Under the pieces are notes generated by a model. That model ran no database searches, was not told where the DNA came from, and worked only from the letters and a program-made list of their open reading frames with translations. Shown here piece by piece: positions 1-8,829 of a stretch of DNA of 64,000 bases; positions within the stretch are counted from its first letter, which is position 1, and every line of letters begins with the position of its first letter. Location: the IMG/VR virus record IMGVR_UViG_3300045988_167063; one strand, given 5' to 3'. A program made the position numbers and the translations under genes. Source of the DNA: a virus.

Positions 1-351
1 TGGTGCTTTTATATATAAGTCCTTAATTGATATTAACGCAATTAAAAAGACTAACCAAAGCCATTGTAGAGAATATTTTGACATATATCCTGTAACTATA
101 ATTAACATATTAGAAATTACACTACACCTCAAATTTGAAGTGCAATGAAAACCGCCACAAAATTTTCTAATCTTATTAAAAACAATCGCGCTTACAATTA
201 CAAAAGGCAAAATGTCAAACAAAATACCAAATACTATTATTGGAGTATATGTAGTTATTAGATAAATACAACAAGTTACATAATATGCTAAATCGTGATT
301 GTCTGTTTTCTTAATAATAAAATCTTGTATTTTTTCTAAAATAAAAATCAC
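1..351 (-). CDS. agrB: AgrB-like accessory gene regulator B membrane endopeptidase (3' end beyond window)
   Basis: Frame is open down to position 1. Motif IRKFCGGFHCTSNLRC has the AgrB-type R..GG.H with Cys 7 residues after His. Hydrophobic helices on both sides. Start is GTG 351 or ATT 342 after GAGGTGA. Confidence 0.6.
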   Translation of the reverse strand, partial: MIFILEKIQDFIIKKTDNHDLAYYVTCCIYLITTYTPIIVFGILFDILPFVIVSAIVFNKIRKFCGGFHCTSNLRCSVISNMLIIVTGYMSKYSLQWLWLVFLIALISIKDLYIKAP

Positions 352-425
352 CTCATTGTATTTATTATGTACTATGGTTGCTTTTTCAAGTAAAAGAACC
401 ATATAAGAAAACTTTTAAGGTGTAA

Positions 426-902
426 TTACTTACGAACTACGCCTGAACCCCACCATTGTTTCATCTTTAATCTCCTTAAAACGAAAATAAATATAAATTC
501 AAATAAATCAATTACTATGAAATATTTGAACATTTTAAAGTTTGTAAGTTTAGATAAATCAATATTACAAACTCTCTCATAAAACAAAGAAAATGTTGCA
601 TTGATTACTAAAGTATATAAATATTCTAAAGCAATAACAATTAACGAATAAAACACTTTCTTTATATCCTCATTTGTGTAATATCTTATCCTATAAATAT
701 AGGCAAATATTACTATAATACCTATAATTTGCCTTGCAATAGGTGGTGCTAATGAACTCAAACAAAATACTGCACTAACAACTAAAGCATCGACAAATTT
801 CAGTTTGATTTTTGTCAACTTGTTTACAAATAGATAGAATACTAAACTATCCCATAAACTAAATAACAAATAATCTGTTGCTAAGCCTTTAATAATTTCC
901 AT
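426..902 (-). CDS. polytopic membrane protein, unknown function
   Basis: ORF track, 158 aa, about 5 hydrophobic segments. Lies directly upstream of the AgrB-like gene on the same strand. Confidence 0.65.
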   Translation of the reverse strand: MEIIKGLATDYLLFSLWDSLVFYLFVNKLTKIKLKFVDALVVSAVFCLSSLAPPIARQIIGIIVIFAYIYRIRYYTNEDIKKVFYSLIVIALEYLYTLVINATFSLFYERVCNIDLSKLTNFKMFKYFIVIDLFEFIFIFVLRRLKMKQWWGSGVVRK

Positions 903-969
903 AATATAATCACCTTTCTTTGTTTTATTTCTTATGGTGACTACATTATATCACATAATATTTAAGATG

Positions 970-1218
970 TCAAGAGGAAAATGGAAAATTATCGTTAGTT
1001 TTTTCTACTACTTTTGTTGGTGGTACACAACAACAATCTAAATTTGGCAATATTTTTTCATACATTACCCTACTTCTAAATATATTATCAATTTGACTTA
1101 AACACTCTGCAACCTCTTTAAGTTCGCTAACATACATTTCATCATATTTTCTTGACTCTATTTCTGCTATTAGTCTATCAATTTGTGTATCAATCTTATC
1201 TCTTATACAATTTTCCAT
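970..1218 (-). CDS. hypothetical 82-aa protein with Cys-rich C-terminus (LDCCCVPP)
   Basis: ORF track; co-oriented in the accessory cassette. Confidence 0.55.
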   Translation of the reverse strand: MENCIRDKIDTQIDRLIAEIESRKYDEMYVSELKEVAECLSQIDNIFRSRVMYEKILPNLDCCCVPPTKVVEKTNDNFPFSS

Positions 1219-1242
1219 TTTCTATAAAGCCACCTTTCATAA

Positions 1243-1602
1243 TCAAGCATTTGTAAAATTGTATCTCAATATTTTAATGATTTGTTTTAAATCATCTTGT
1301 TTTATCTCTCCAAGTAACCTTTCTATTCTCTTTTTGCTTATATCTCTTATACATTCGCATAAAACAGTATTTGTCTTTTTTGCAAAGAACAGATAATCGT
1401 CACGAGATAATTCGTAATGATTTATCATATTTTTTTTGGTTGTACTTGATGTAATTGGAATAACAATAACATTATTCCGATTTTTATTCAGCATTTCTGC
1501 CGAAACAACAATACAAGGTCTTATACCCTTTTCCTCATTGCCAACATTTTCGTCACCAAGATTAACCATATAAATTCCACCTTGTTTTATGCTTCTACTC
1601 AT
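1243..1602 (-). CDS. mazF: MazF/PemK-family endoribonuclease toxin
   Basis: KQGGIYMVNLGDENVGNEEKGIRPCIVVS...VIVIPITS...TVLCECIRDISKKRI aligns by eye with the B. subtilis EndoA/MazF core (GDVY..L.P..G.E..G.RP.lVi...P.T....v...QIRtiDK.Rl). Confidence 0.8.
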   Translation of the reverse strand: MSRSIKQGGIYMVNLGDENVGNEEKGIRPCIVVSAEMLNKNRNNVIVIPITSSTTKKNMINHYELSRDDYLFFAKKTNTVLCECIRDISKKRIERLLGEIKQDDLKQIIKILRYNFTNA

Positions 1603-1967
1603 ATCTTTTTAGGTTTACTTGTTACTACTTTCTTTTTTTGTTCAAAAGGTGTCAACGAAACATCATAAATATCATCAATTCCCTCTTGAACATATACATA
1701 TTCGGGTACACTCTTAAAAGTGTTTTTTACTTTAATTGTAGTGTCCTTATATTCAATATATAAATATCCCCTACGCTCAAACAAAACTCTATTCGAGCCT
1801 TTTGGAATTTCCTTTAAATCTTTCACTTTACAATTTTCCCACCTGTCATTGAGAATAAATTTATTTTGCAAATTACAGAATTTACTATAATTGCAAATAT
1901 TATTAGTTTTTTTACAAAATAAATATTCTTTGCCTTTAAAATTCCTATATTCTGTATAAAAACACAT
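1599..1967 (-). CDS. hypothetical protein, candidate non-canonical antitoxin partner of MazF
   Basis: 122-aa ORF whose stop overlaps the mazF start by 4 nt, the usual antitoxin position. Cys-rich N-terminus; no AbrB/MazE-like motif recognised. Confidence 0.6.
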   Translation of the reverse strand: MCFYTEYRNFKGKEYLFCKKTNNICNYSKFCNLQNKFILNDRWENCKVKDLKEIPKGSNRVLFERRGYLYIEYKDTTIKVKNTFKSVPEYVYVQEGIDDIYDVSLTPFEQKKKVVTSKPKKI

Positions 1968-1982
1968 AAGTTTATCACCTAT

Positions 1983-2013
1983 AAAAATGTGGGAGAGTAT
2001 AAAACCCTCCCAC
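1983..2013 (-). terminator. rho-independent terminator, second of a tandem pair
   Basis: Stem GTGGGAG/CTCCCAC with loop AGTATAAAACC (plus-strand text), followed by a T5 run on the minus strand. Confidence 0.6.
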
Positions 2014-2019
2014 TATATG

Positions 2020-2048
2020 TAAAAAGAGTAGAGTTTTACCCCTACTCT
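2020..2048 (-). terminator. rho-independent terminator, first of a tandem pair
   Basis: Stem AGAGTAG/CTACTCT followed by a T-run on the minus strand, just after the stop at 2060. Confidence 0.6.
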
Positions 2049-2059
2049 TGAAAGCAAAA

Positions 2060-2380
2060 TTACATTGCTTTATATTTATCAACTTTATATTGAATATGGT
2101 CTATTCTATTTAGAATTTCTGAATGAGTAAATTTCCAAATATTTGTCATAACATCAAGTGTTATCTTATCTGTTATTTCATTGTCTTTCTTTTCTTTAAT
2201 AAGATTTACTACAAAAGTATGCAAACTATCTACATTTGCCATACAACCCTCATAAATCTTAAAATACTCCTCGCTTATTTCAGCATATTCATCTTTCCAT
2301 TCAATAGCCTTATCAATATAGCACTCTGCTTTGTCGATAAAACAATTTATATCTTTAACAAGTTCGGCAATAATTACCAT
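2060..2380 (-). CDS. hypothetical protein (late block)
   Basis: ORF track, 106 aa, co-oriented and tightly spaced. Confidence 0.65.
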   Translation of the reverse strand: MVIIAELVKDINCFIDKAECYIDKAIEWKDEYAEISEEYFKIYEGCMANVDSLHTFVVNLIKEKKDNEITDKITLDVMTNIWKFTHSEILNRIDHIQYKVDKYKAM

Positions 2381-2393
2381 TTAAACTCACCCC

Positions 2394-2828
2394 TTAATGA
2401 AACATTTGATAAACTTCTTTAACTTTTGCTTTTACCATTGAACACTCTTCCATATCATCTTGACATATTTTAGCGAGTTCTCGGTAAACATCATTAACAT
2501 TATTTAAAAAATGTCCTAATTCATCGTGAGCCATTTGTAAATCATCGTCTTGTCTTGTTCTCTTATATTGTTCTTTGTAAGTCTTGTATGAAACAAATTC
2601 ATCCCAAGCATCTGCCAAATAATTGTCAATTTCTGTATGTTTAGCAATACTTTGAGCATTATCATCCTCATCGTATGCTTCACCTTTTATGACCTTGTTG
2701 AGTTTATGTTCCACTTTCATCAAATCCTTTAGATAATCTAAAAGATTTTCAGTAATTGACATATCACTTACCATTTCATATTCTTCAACAATATTTTTAA
2801 GAATTTTTTGGGCAATCTGTTTATCCAT
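2394..2828 (-). CDS. hypothetical protein (late block)
   Basis: ORF track gives 2394..2840. ATG at 2828 lies 8 nt after GGTGG, so that start is preferred. Confidence 0.65.
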   Translation of the reverse strand: MDKQIAQKILKNIVEEYEMVSDMSITENLLDYLKDLMKVEHKLNKVIKGEAYDEDDNAQSIAKHTEIDNYLADAWDEFVSYKTYKEQYKRTRQDDDLQMAHDELGHFLNNVNDVYRELAKICQDDMEECSMVKAKVKEVYQMFH

Positions 2829-3039
2829 TAACATCACCACCTATTTTATTCAAAATTAAATCAAGTTTTTTATCTTGCTCTTCTAAATGATTATGAATAT
2901 CTATAAGCATATTGTGCATATTTTTTTCTAAATCATCTTTGGTTATGACCTTATCATAAGTCATAATTCCCAACATAGTTCCCATTACAGAAACTACATC
3001 AAGAGCAGATATTTCTTGTCGAACATTATTGTTTGCCAT
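2821..3039 (-). CDS. hypothetical 72-aa protein
   Basis: ORF track; only a 1-nt gap from the upstream gene. Confidence 0.6.
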   Translation of the reverse strand: MANNNVRQEISALDVVSVMGTMLGIMTYDKVITKDDLEKNMHNMLIDIHNHLEEQDKKLDLILNKIGGDVNG

Positions 3040-3040
3040 A

Positions 3041-3469
3041 TTAAGACAATTTTGTAACTGTTACATTAGCATTTGTTATTGTAACAGGTGTTCCGTCATT
3101 TTGAATAGTAAGATTAAGTGGAATATTATCAGTAACAGCACAGCAATTTGGACTTACTCTAACCATAAACTGTGATTGAGATAAGTTCATAATTACAGTA
3201 TCAGCAGTAGCAGACTGTGAAGCCTCAAAGCCTTCAATCTGTGTGCCATTACCATACAAATGGAATGTCGCTGTGCCACCTGCCGTTGCGACTGTACTTG
3301 CCGTTGCAGTGAAATCTACAAGATACCAACCTGCCCTATGCAAGCTAATAGCCGAACTTCCTGCCGAATGTCTTACTGTGCAAGAATTACTATTATAATT
3401 AGTTGTAAATACCACGGCACTGCCTGTATTTACTGTTTGTGTAGTATTAGAGAATGTAGTCAAAGCCAT
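3041..3469 (-). CDS. C1q/TNF-like (BclA C-terminal-domain-like) jelly-roll protein, possible fibre tip or receptor binder
   Basis: Pattern FS..TQ.V..GSAV.F...I.H..GS..I.L...G.Y.V.F...A.F.LY.NG..I is typical of BclA-CTD-like domains. Start moved to ATG 3469, after AAAGGA. Confidence 0.5.
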   Translation of the reverse strand: MALTTFSNTTQTVNTGSAVVFTTNYNSNSCTVRHSAGSSAISLHRAGWYLVDFTATASTVATAGGTATFHLYGNGTQIEGFEASQSATADTVIMNLSQSQFMVRVSPNCCAVTDNIPLNLTIQNDGTPVTITNANVTVTKLS

Positions 3470-3530
3470 TATATCAAGTCCTTTCAAGTATTTAGCATAT
3501 CGCACTTATACTGAAATAACTTTATCTAAA

Positions 3531-3562
3531 TAGAAAAATGGCGAGTATTTCTACTCGCCATT
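3531..3562 (-). terminator. rho-independent terminator
   Basis: 11-bp stem AATGGCGAGTA/TACTCGCCATT with a 4-nt loop and a T-run on the minus strand, after the stop at 3612. Confidence 0.7.
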
Positions 3563-3611
3563 ATTATTTAATATTTGGTGCGAGTATGCACTCTGTCATA
3601 TTTTATTTAGA

Positions 3612-4298
3612 TTATGCTACTGTTCCGCAACCATTGCAATTACTGTAACCATATACATTTGTTGGGGTTGTATATGGTGAGCAAGTAATATAAGACGGAA
3701 TTGGGAACGGTCTTAAAAGGTTGACAAGGTTTGCAGACTGTGCTTGCTGTGAAAGTTGGAAGTTTGCAGTCTGTAATTCTCTATCTCTGTCCTCAAGTTT
3801 ATCACGAAGGTCTTGCATTGTATTAGCGTTAATCAATGCACGAGTAGCTTCGCCCTCTGCGTGAATTGCAGTAGTAATTTCGCAAGTGTTCTGTGCATTT
3901 TCATAACGAACTGCATCAATGTTGCGATTGGTTGTGCAACAGCAATCTTTCATTTGATAACCAAGTTCTGTAATGCCACCTGAAACACCATTAAAACCAT
4001 TAAGCATAGTTGTATTCATAGCATAAAAGCCATCACACAAACCATTAGAAATGCCATCAAGTTTATTAATAATTTGGTTAGTGTCAAATCCTCTCTGAAT
4101 ATCAGCCTGTGTTGCATAAGTGCCAACAGCACCATTACCATAGCCACCCCAAGCACTACCTCCACCAAAAAGAAGAATAAACACAATTATAAGAGCGAGA
4201 ATACCACCAGCACCACCACTAAGGAAACCGCCGTTGTCATCATTATTCTTTGTGAGAGCGAGAGCATCTCCAATACTTAAACCATTATCCATTGCCAT
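3612..4298 (-). CDS. membrane-anchored Gly-rich / Cys-rich protein with C-terminal coiled coil
   Basis: ORF track, 228 aa. TM segment ILALIIVFILLF flanked by G-rich runs. SD AAAGGAG upstream. Confidence 0.7.
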   Translation of the reverse strand: MAMDNGLSIGDALALTKNNDDNGGFLSGGAGGILALIIVFILLFGGGSAWGGYGNGAVGTYATQADIQRGFDTNQIINKLDGISNGLCDGFYAMNTTMLNGFNGVSGGITELGYQMKDCCCTTNRNIDAVRYENAQNTCEITTAIHAEGEATRALINANTMQDLRDKLEDRDRELQTANFQLSQQAQSANLVNLLRPFPIPSYITCSPYTTPTNVYGYSNCNGCGTVA

Positions 4299-4562
4299 AA
4301 TAAAAATCTCCTTTTACTTAAATAAAATATATATTTATATTAAATTTAAGAGCCGTACGCATCTCTTAAATAAAATATCATTTATTAAAAGAGAGTACAA
4401 CTAAAAGAGATTTTAAAGTTAAGGGTTTACTTAAAAACATTAATTGCACCCCCTTGTAGTACAAATAATGTTTTGATTGTATTAACCAAAATCATATTAT
4501 TTTGATTGATTGTTTAAAGAAAGCACAATCAATATTTCTAAAGCCACCTTTCAAAATATATG

Positions 4563-4829
4563 TCACATAAAGTGTTTAAGAAAATTTCCTATACCCTTTA
4601 TATTTTTTAAATTTCCTTGAGTAGTTTTCATTATTTCCTCAGCCTGTTTTGTTGCTTGATTTATCTGTTCTTGAGAAAATTGCCCACTACTCTGCATTTT
4701 TGCTAATAGCTCATTTGGGTCTAAATTTTTCATATTCATAACATCAACGAATTTTTGAAAATTATTCATATTGAACCCATTACCATTAGACTGTGAAGAA
4801 CCCATAGAAAAAGGATTAAAAGATTTCAT
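4563..4829 (-). CDS. hypothetical 88-aa protein
   Basis: ORF track; its start overlaps the upstream stop. Confidence 0.6.
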   Translation of the reverse strand: MKSFNPFSMGSSQSNGNGFNMNNFQKFVDVMNMKNLDPNELLAKMQSSGQFSQEQINQATKQAEEIMKTTQGNLKNIKGIGNFLKHFM

Positions 4830-5335
4830 TACTTCGCCTCCCTATTTTGAGTTTTGGTAGGTTTAACTTTTGATAATTCTTGAATAGTATTATTCTGTTG
4901 AATTATAACATCTTTTAACCTATCAACCTCACTATTAAGTTCGTTAAATTTGTCAACAGTTACATAATTTTTATTTTCTTTTGTTTCTGAATTATTAAAA
5001 TCAATCTCGTGTAATTCGTATGCCCCAAAACTCGGTTGCCCCACGGCTGAAACCGCTTTAACATAAATTTCAGGCTTGCTTGTATGTCTAAACCACCTTA
5101 TTTGTCCGTTTGGCACATTAAAGTCTTGTGCCTCTTGCATACTTGAAACTGTAATAAAATCAAAATTAGTATTAGTCATTTGACTATTATTATTATTTTG
5201 TTGTTCTACCATATTCATATATCTGTTATATCGGCTATCATTATTAAAATTATTTTGAAAGCCATTTGGTTGTTGATAAGTCATTCCATAATTATTAGGA
5301 AAGCCATAACCACCATAACTCATTCTATAAGCCAC
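4829..5335 (-). CDS. hypothetical protein with N/Q/Y-rich N-terminus
   Basis: ORF track, 168 aa. Confidence 0.65.
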   Translation of the reverse strand: MAYRMSYGGYGFPNNYGMTYQQPNGFQNNFNNDSRYNRYMNMVEQQNNNNSQMTNTNFDFITVSSMQEAQDFNVPNGQIRWFRHTSKPEIYVKAVSAVGQPSFGAYELHEIDFNNSETKENKNYVTVDKFNELNSEVDRLKDVIIQQNNTIQELSKVKPTKTQNREAK

Positions 5336-5351
5336 CTTTCACTATGTACTA

Positions 5352-5376
5352 TTGCGTGAGTATAAAACCCACGCAA
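5352..5376 (-). promoter_or_regulatory. intercistronic hairpin with conserved loop AGTATAAAACC
   Basis: Stem TTGCGTG/CACGCAA. The 11-nt loop is identical to the hairpin at 1989-2013, but the stem differs. Confidence 0.5.
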
Positions 5377-5399
5377 TTTATATTTAAACTAATTTATAG

Positions 5400-6356
5400 T
5401 TATGCACTAACATTTACTACACAAGCAGTAGTAAGAGTAGTCTTACCCTTTGCTACAATCTCAATAGTAGTAACTCCGTCAGTAGTCTTTGCTGTAACAG
5501 CACCATTATTGTCTACTGTTGCAGATGTACCTGAAGCAGTAAATGTAAGCTTAGTATTGTCAATCAACGAAGGCTGTGTGCCATCTGAATACATTTTATA
5601 AACTTTAATTGTCTGTGTTTCATTATGACCGAGTTCAATATTGCCACCTGCAACTACAAGAGCAGAAACATTAGCAAGCTCATCCTGTCCGTAAATGCAT
5701 TCTGTAATAACTGCATAATAGCCGTGGTCTGAACAGCCTACATTACCTGTAAATGTAGCAAGTGCTGTACCTGAAAGTGAAACAGAAGCAATGCCACTTG
5801 AGGTAAGCGACAAATCTTGTGAGCCTTCAAGTTGGAAATTAGGAATATCAACTACAATATCACCTATTCTTGAGGCATTACTTTCAATTGTTTCGCCTGT
5901 TGCACCACTCTTGAAAAGCGGAATTGTCATTACAGCGTGACAAACAGAAGGAACATAATCTGCATTTACAGTAAATCTACGAGCAGTAGCATCCGAGATT
6001 ACATATTTAATACAAATCGTTGAACCTACAACAAGTCCATCAACTGTTGCTTTATTTTCGCCTTTTGTAAAATCAAATTTCTTATAAGCATCATCAGCTT
6101 CTGTTGACAATTTATACCAACCAATAGTGCCACTTGTAGCAGTAAAATCTTTAGGTGTTTGAGCCACTTCAAGAGTATCTTTCTCTTTTACAGTAAATTG
6201 TTCAACAGTAAGAATATCTGCACCTGCGGTAATACCACCACCACAGCTAAGTGCAATATAATTCAAATCCCAAATTTGGTCTGTAAGTGTAAGACCAAAT
6301 GAGGAGTCGTGATAATACCTGCCGAGGAGAATATTACATTCAAAATAGTTTTTCGG
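5400..6356 (-). CDS. virion (major-tail-like) protein with C-terminal Ig-like Big_2 domain, exon 2
   Basis: Long ORF. The C-terminus TFTASGTSATVDNNGAVTAKTTDG..IVAKGKT looks like a Big_2 domain. The frame is open only 5 codons upstream of the annotated ATG. Joins exon 1 across an intron. Confidence 0.6.
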   Translation of the reverse strand, partial: PKNYFECNILLGRYYHDSSFGLTLTDQIWDLNYIALSCGGGITAGADILTVEQFTVKEKDTLEVAQTPKDFTATSGTIGWYKLSTEADDAYKKFDFTKGENKATVDGLVVGSTICIKYVISDATARRFTVNADYVPSVCHAVMTIPLFKSGATGETIESNASRIGDIVVDIPNFQLEGSQDLSLTSSGIASVSLSGTALATFTGNVGCSDHGYYAVITECIYGQDELANVSALVVAGGNIELGHNETQTIKVYKMYSDGTQPSLIDNTKLTFTASGTSATVDNNGAVTAKTTDGVTTIEIVAKGKTTLTTACVVNVSA

Positions 6357-6739
6357 CATTAAACTATTTTTCTTTTATTATAAAACGCTACTTTTATAAT
6401 GCTATTTCGTTCACACTAATAGCCACATTCTTTCGATATGTGATAAGACTATTTCTTCACCTTTAAATTAAAGGGCAACCCATTTCTTCCTCCAAACACT
6501 TGAGGCTTTACTCTCTCCCGAGATAGTCGTTTAACCTTTTCCTATTCAGAACTTGGCGACCAAACTTCCATTGTTGCTTCTACTTAGGATTTAACCATAT
6601 AGAAATTTCTGTTGTTGTTTCTGCTTTCGCAACATTCATAAAATCATATTTCATATTTTATTGTAGTAACAGAACTTTAGGATTTACTGGTTTTAAGGTT
6701 GTGTCCTATGCTAATCACTTAACATACGGAGCATTAGTT
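6357..6739 (-). mobile_element. ORF-less group I intron (boundaries approximate)
   Basis: 383-nt ORF-free gap splits one reading frame. The 5' exon ends in U (..CAGAGU) and can pair with GCUC 7 nt into the intron. P7-like GACTAT/ATAGTC pair present. The last intron nucleotide is G. Confidence 0.6.
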
Positions 6740-6880
6740 ACTCTGACCGCCCCTTGCTTCCTCATTACTAATAGCCATATTAATACCTGAGTCAGTCAAG
6801 GTTTTGGTAGATACAATAAGATTATTATTATTATCAAAAAGGTCAACATTAGCAACAGATGCCAAAAGTCCTTTAGCCAT
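6740..6880 (-). CDS. virion (major-tail-like) protein, exon 1
   Basis: AAGGAG followed by ATG at 6880 (MAKGLLASVANVDLF...EEARGGQS). The longer track ORF 6734..6970 overlaps the endonuclease gene. Confidence 0.55.
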
Positions 6881-6905
6881 ATATTTTATCTCCTTTATAT
6901 ATAAT

Positions 6906-8030
6906 TTATATAAAATAAAAATGCAATCCATATACGGATTGTCTTTCTTTTCTACAAACTCTGCCGACACAATCTTTTAGTATATTCAATGTCTTTTCAG
7001 CTTGAGAAATGCTTTCAAATACTTTATCTTTTTCGACGCAATAAACCTTTTTTCTTTTTATGTTTTTTGAAGGAGTATATAATCCTCTCTTACTATCTTC
7101 AACATTATAGTTTACAAGGTTTAATTTATTTGCTTTTTTTAATAATTTACAAAACTCAAAAGAAGATATTTTTAACTTTTCTGCCATTTCTTTCATTGAC
7201 AATATACCAAGATTGTTATTAAACATATCAACAGCATAAGAAAGTAAATTGTGGTTAATCAATTCATTTTCTAATTTATCCCAATCAAATTTGTTTAAAT
7301 CAAAATAATTAAATAAACTACTATTTAAAATATTATTTTTTATATATTCAAAATCACTCTTAAAACAATTTATTCTAATTATTTTATAGCCGTTTTGAGT
7401 TGCCATTAAATTTTTTTGTCTATCTATTTCTTCTTGATTTATGTTTTTATTAAAACCTATAATTCCCGTTTTATGAAATATTCCATCCATTTCAATTATA
7501 ATTTTATTATTCTCAATTACAAAATCATAAATCCTTCTATTCGACCACTCAAACATTTTTTCTCGCTCAAAAGGAATGTTTAATTGTTTAAGTAAACAAT
7601 ACATAAATCTATTCGGATAACTATATCCTTTCCCACACTTAGGGCAAGCAAATCCTTTATTAACCAAATCTGATAATTTTTGTTTCCTTTCATTGTGACA
7701 AATAGGACAGACCATATCCACCTCTTGTGAACTTCCAAAGGTATAATTATAAGCTTCTTTTTTATTTTTAAAATAAACTAAATATTGTGGATAAATAGTA
7801 GCAAAATCATTTTTTCCAATAACGAGTTTTCTTCCGCCACAAACACCACATCCACTAACACCTCTCATAATAGCATTTGCCTCATTACAAATGCCCTCTG
7901 TCCCACAAATTTTACACTTGTATTTTATAGGAGAGTGTGCATTTTTATATTTGCTAATTATTTTTAAATTAGGGTTATTTTTACTAACCCTTTTTTCAAA
8001 ATCTTTTTGAGATAACTGATTATATGTCAT
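6906..8030 (-). CDS. free-standing homing-endonuclease-like protein (zinc ribbons + Vsr/DUF559-like nuclease core + C-terminal DNA-binding module)
   Basis: CKICG..CGVCG and CPIC..CPKCG ribbons. RIYDFVIENNKIIIEMDGIFH resembles the DUF559/Vsr-fold motif. The tail KVYCVEKDKVFESISQAEK..VCRKERQSVYGLHFYF resembles NUMOD/IENR modules. Start taken at ATG 8030. Confidence 0.6.
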   Translation of the reverse strand: MTYNQLSQKDFEKRVSKNNPNLKIISKYKNAHSPIKYKCKICGTEGICNEANAIMRGVSGCGVCGGRKLVIGKNDFATIYPQYLVYFKNKKEAYNYTFGSSQEVDMVCPICHNERKQKLSDLVNKGFACPKCGKGYSYPNRFMYCLLKQLNIPFEREKMFEWSNRRIYDFVIENNKIIIEMDGIFHKTGIIGFNKNINQEEIDRQKNLMATQNGYKIIRINCFKSDFEYIKNNILNSSLFNYFDLNKFDWDKLENELINHNLLSYAVDMFNNNLGILSMKEMAEKLKISSFEFCKLLKKANKLNLVNYNVEDSKRGLYTPSKNIKRKKVYCVEKDKVFESISQAEKTLNILKDCVGRVCRKERQSVYGLHFYFI

Positions 8031-8037
8031 TATAAAA

Positions 8038-8829
8038 TTAACCGTTAATTTGTTGTATTTTCTGTTCAAAAGACTCTGCGTCTGTGAACATTTCTTTATA
8101 TTTATCAACCCTCTTTTTGAACATAGGATGTTTAACATCGTCTTTAACTTCATATTTAAAAGAGGCTTGTATTATCTTTTGTGCAAGATAAATTTCACTA
8201 TTTATACAATGATTAAATATTTGTTCAAAAGTTCTATAAACCATATTATTTATCTGTTCCATTGTATATCCATTTTTACTCATTACATAAGTTTTCTGTT
8301 CTTCTAATGTTGGATTGTGAACTCCTTTATTAACCATTTTACAATATTTTTCATATTCGGCTTTTACATCAGGATTGACATATCTATCATCATAATCTTT
8401 GTCATTTTGAAATAATATTATCTTTTTTATATCATCAAATTCTTTTGCCGATATAATACTTTCTATAATATCATTTTCACCAAGAACTACAATACAATCT
8501 TTGCCATTATCTTTTGATAAAGCAATATTTTTATGAATACATAATTGAAACAACATTGCAAATAAACTTTGAGTATTTATATCTACTAAAACTCGATTGA
8601 TTAAAAATTCTAAATAATTCATTTGAATAACATCAATATCATTTATTGTATTTTTATCAATTTCTAAAAGTTCTTTACAATTTGCATAAATAGGAAAATC
8701 TTTTACTTTAATGGGGTATATAAATATTTCTGCTCCTTTTTTTAGTTCATAAGGAACAGCATACTCGTTAATAAAATAATTTAATTGCAAGTTATCAATA
8801 TCAACCAATACAACCACCACTTTGAGCAT
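8038..8829 (-). CDS. hypothetical virion/morphogenesis protein
   Basis: ORF track, 263 aa. The 5' end overlaps the upstream gene by 29 nt, so the start is uncertain. Confidence 0.65.
   Translation of the reverse strand: MLKVVVVLVDIDNLQLNYFINEYAVPYELKKGAEIFIYPIKVKDFPIYANCKELLEIDKNTINDIDVIQMNYLEFLINRVLVDINTQSLFAMLFQLCIHKNIALSKDNGKDCIVVLGENDIIESIISAKEFDDIKKIILFQNDKDYDDRYVNPDVKAEYEKYCKMVNKGVHNPTLEEQKTYVMSKNGYTMEQINNMVYRTFEQIFNHCINSEIYLAQKIIQASFKYEVKDDVKHPMFKKRVDKYKEMFTDAESFEQKIQQING

Noticed and set aside
4563-5335. Tail-assembly chaperone pair with a programmed -1 frameshift (G/GT-like) downstream of the tail-like gene.
   Set aside because: The two ORFs are joined by a simple ATGA overlap. No slippery heptamer was found, and no tape-measure-sized gene follows.
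6881-6970. N-terminal extension of exon 1 (track ORF 6734..6970 starting MSAEFVEKK).
   Set aside because: The extension overlaps the 3' end of the endonuclease gene and lacks an SD. ATG 6880 follows a perfect AAGGAG.
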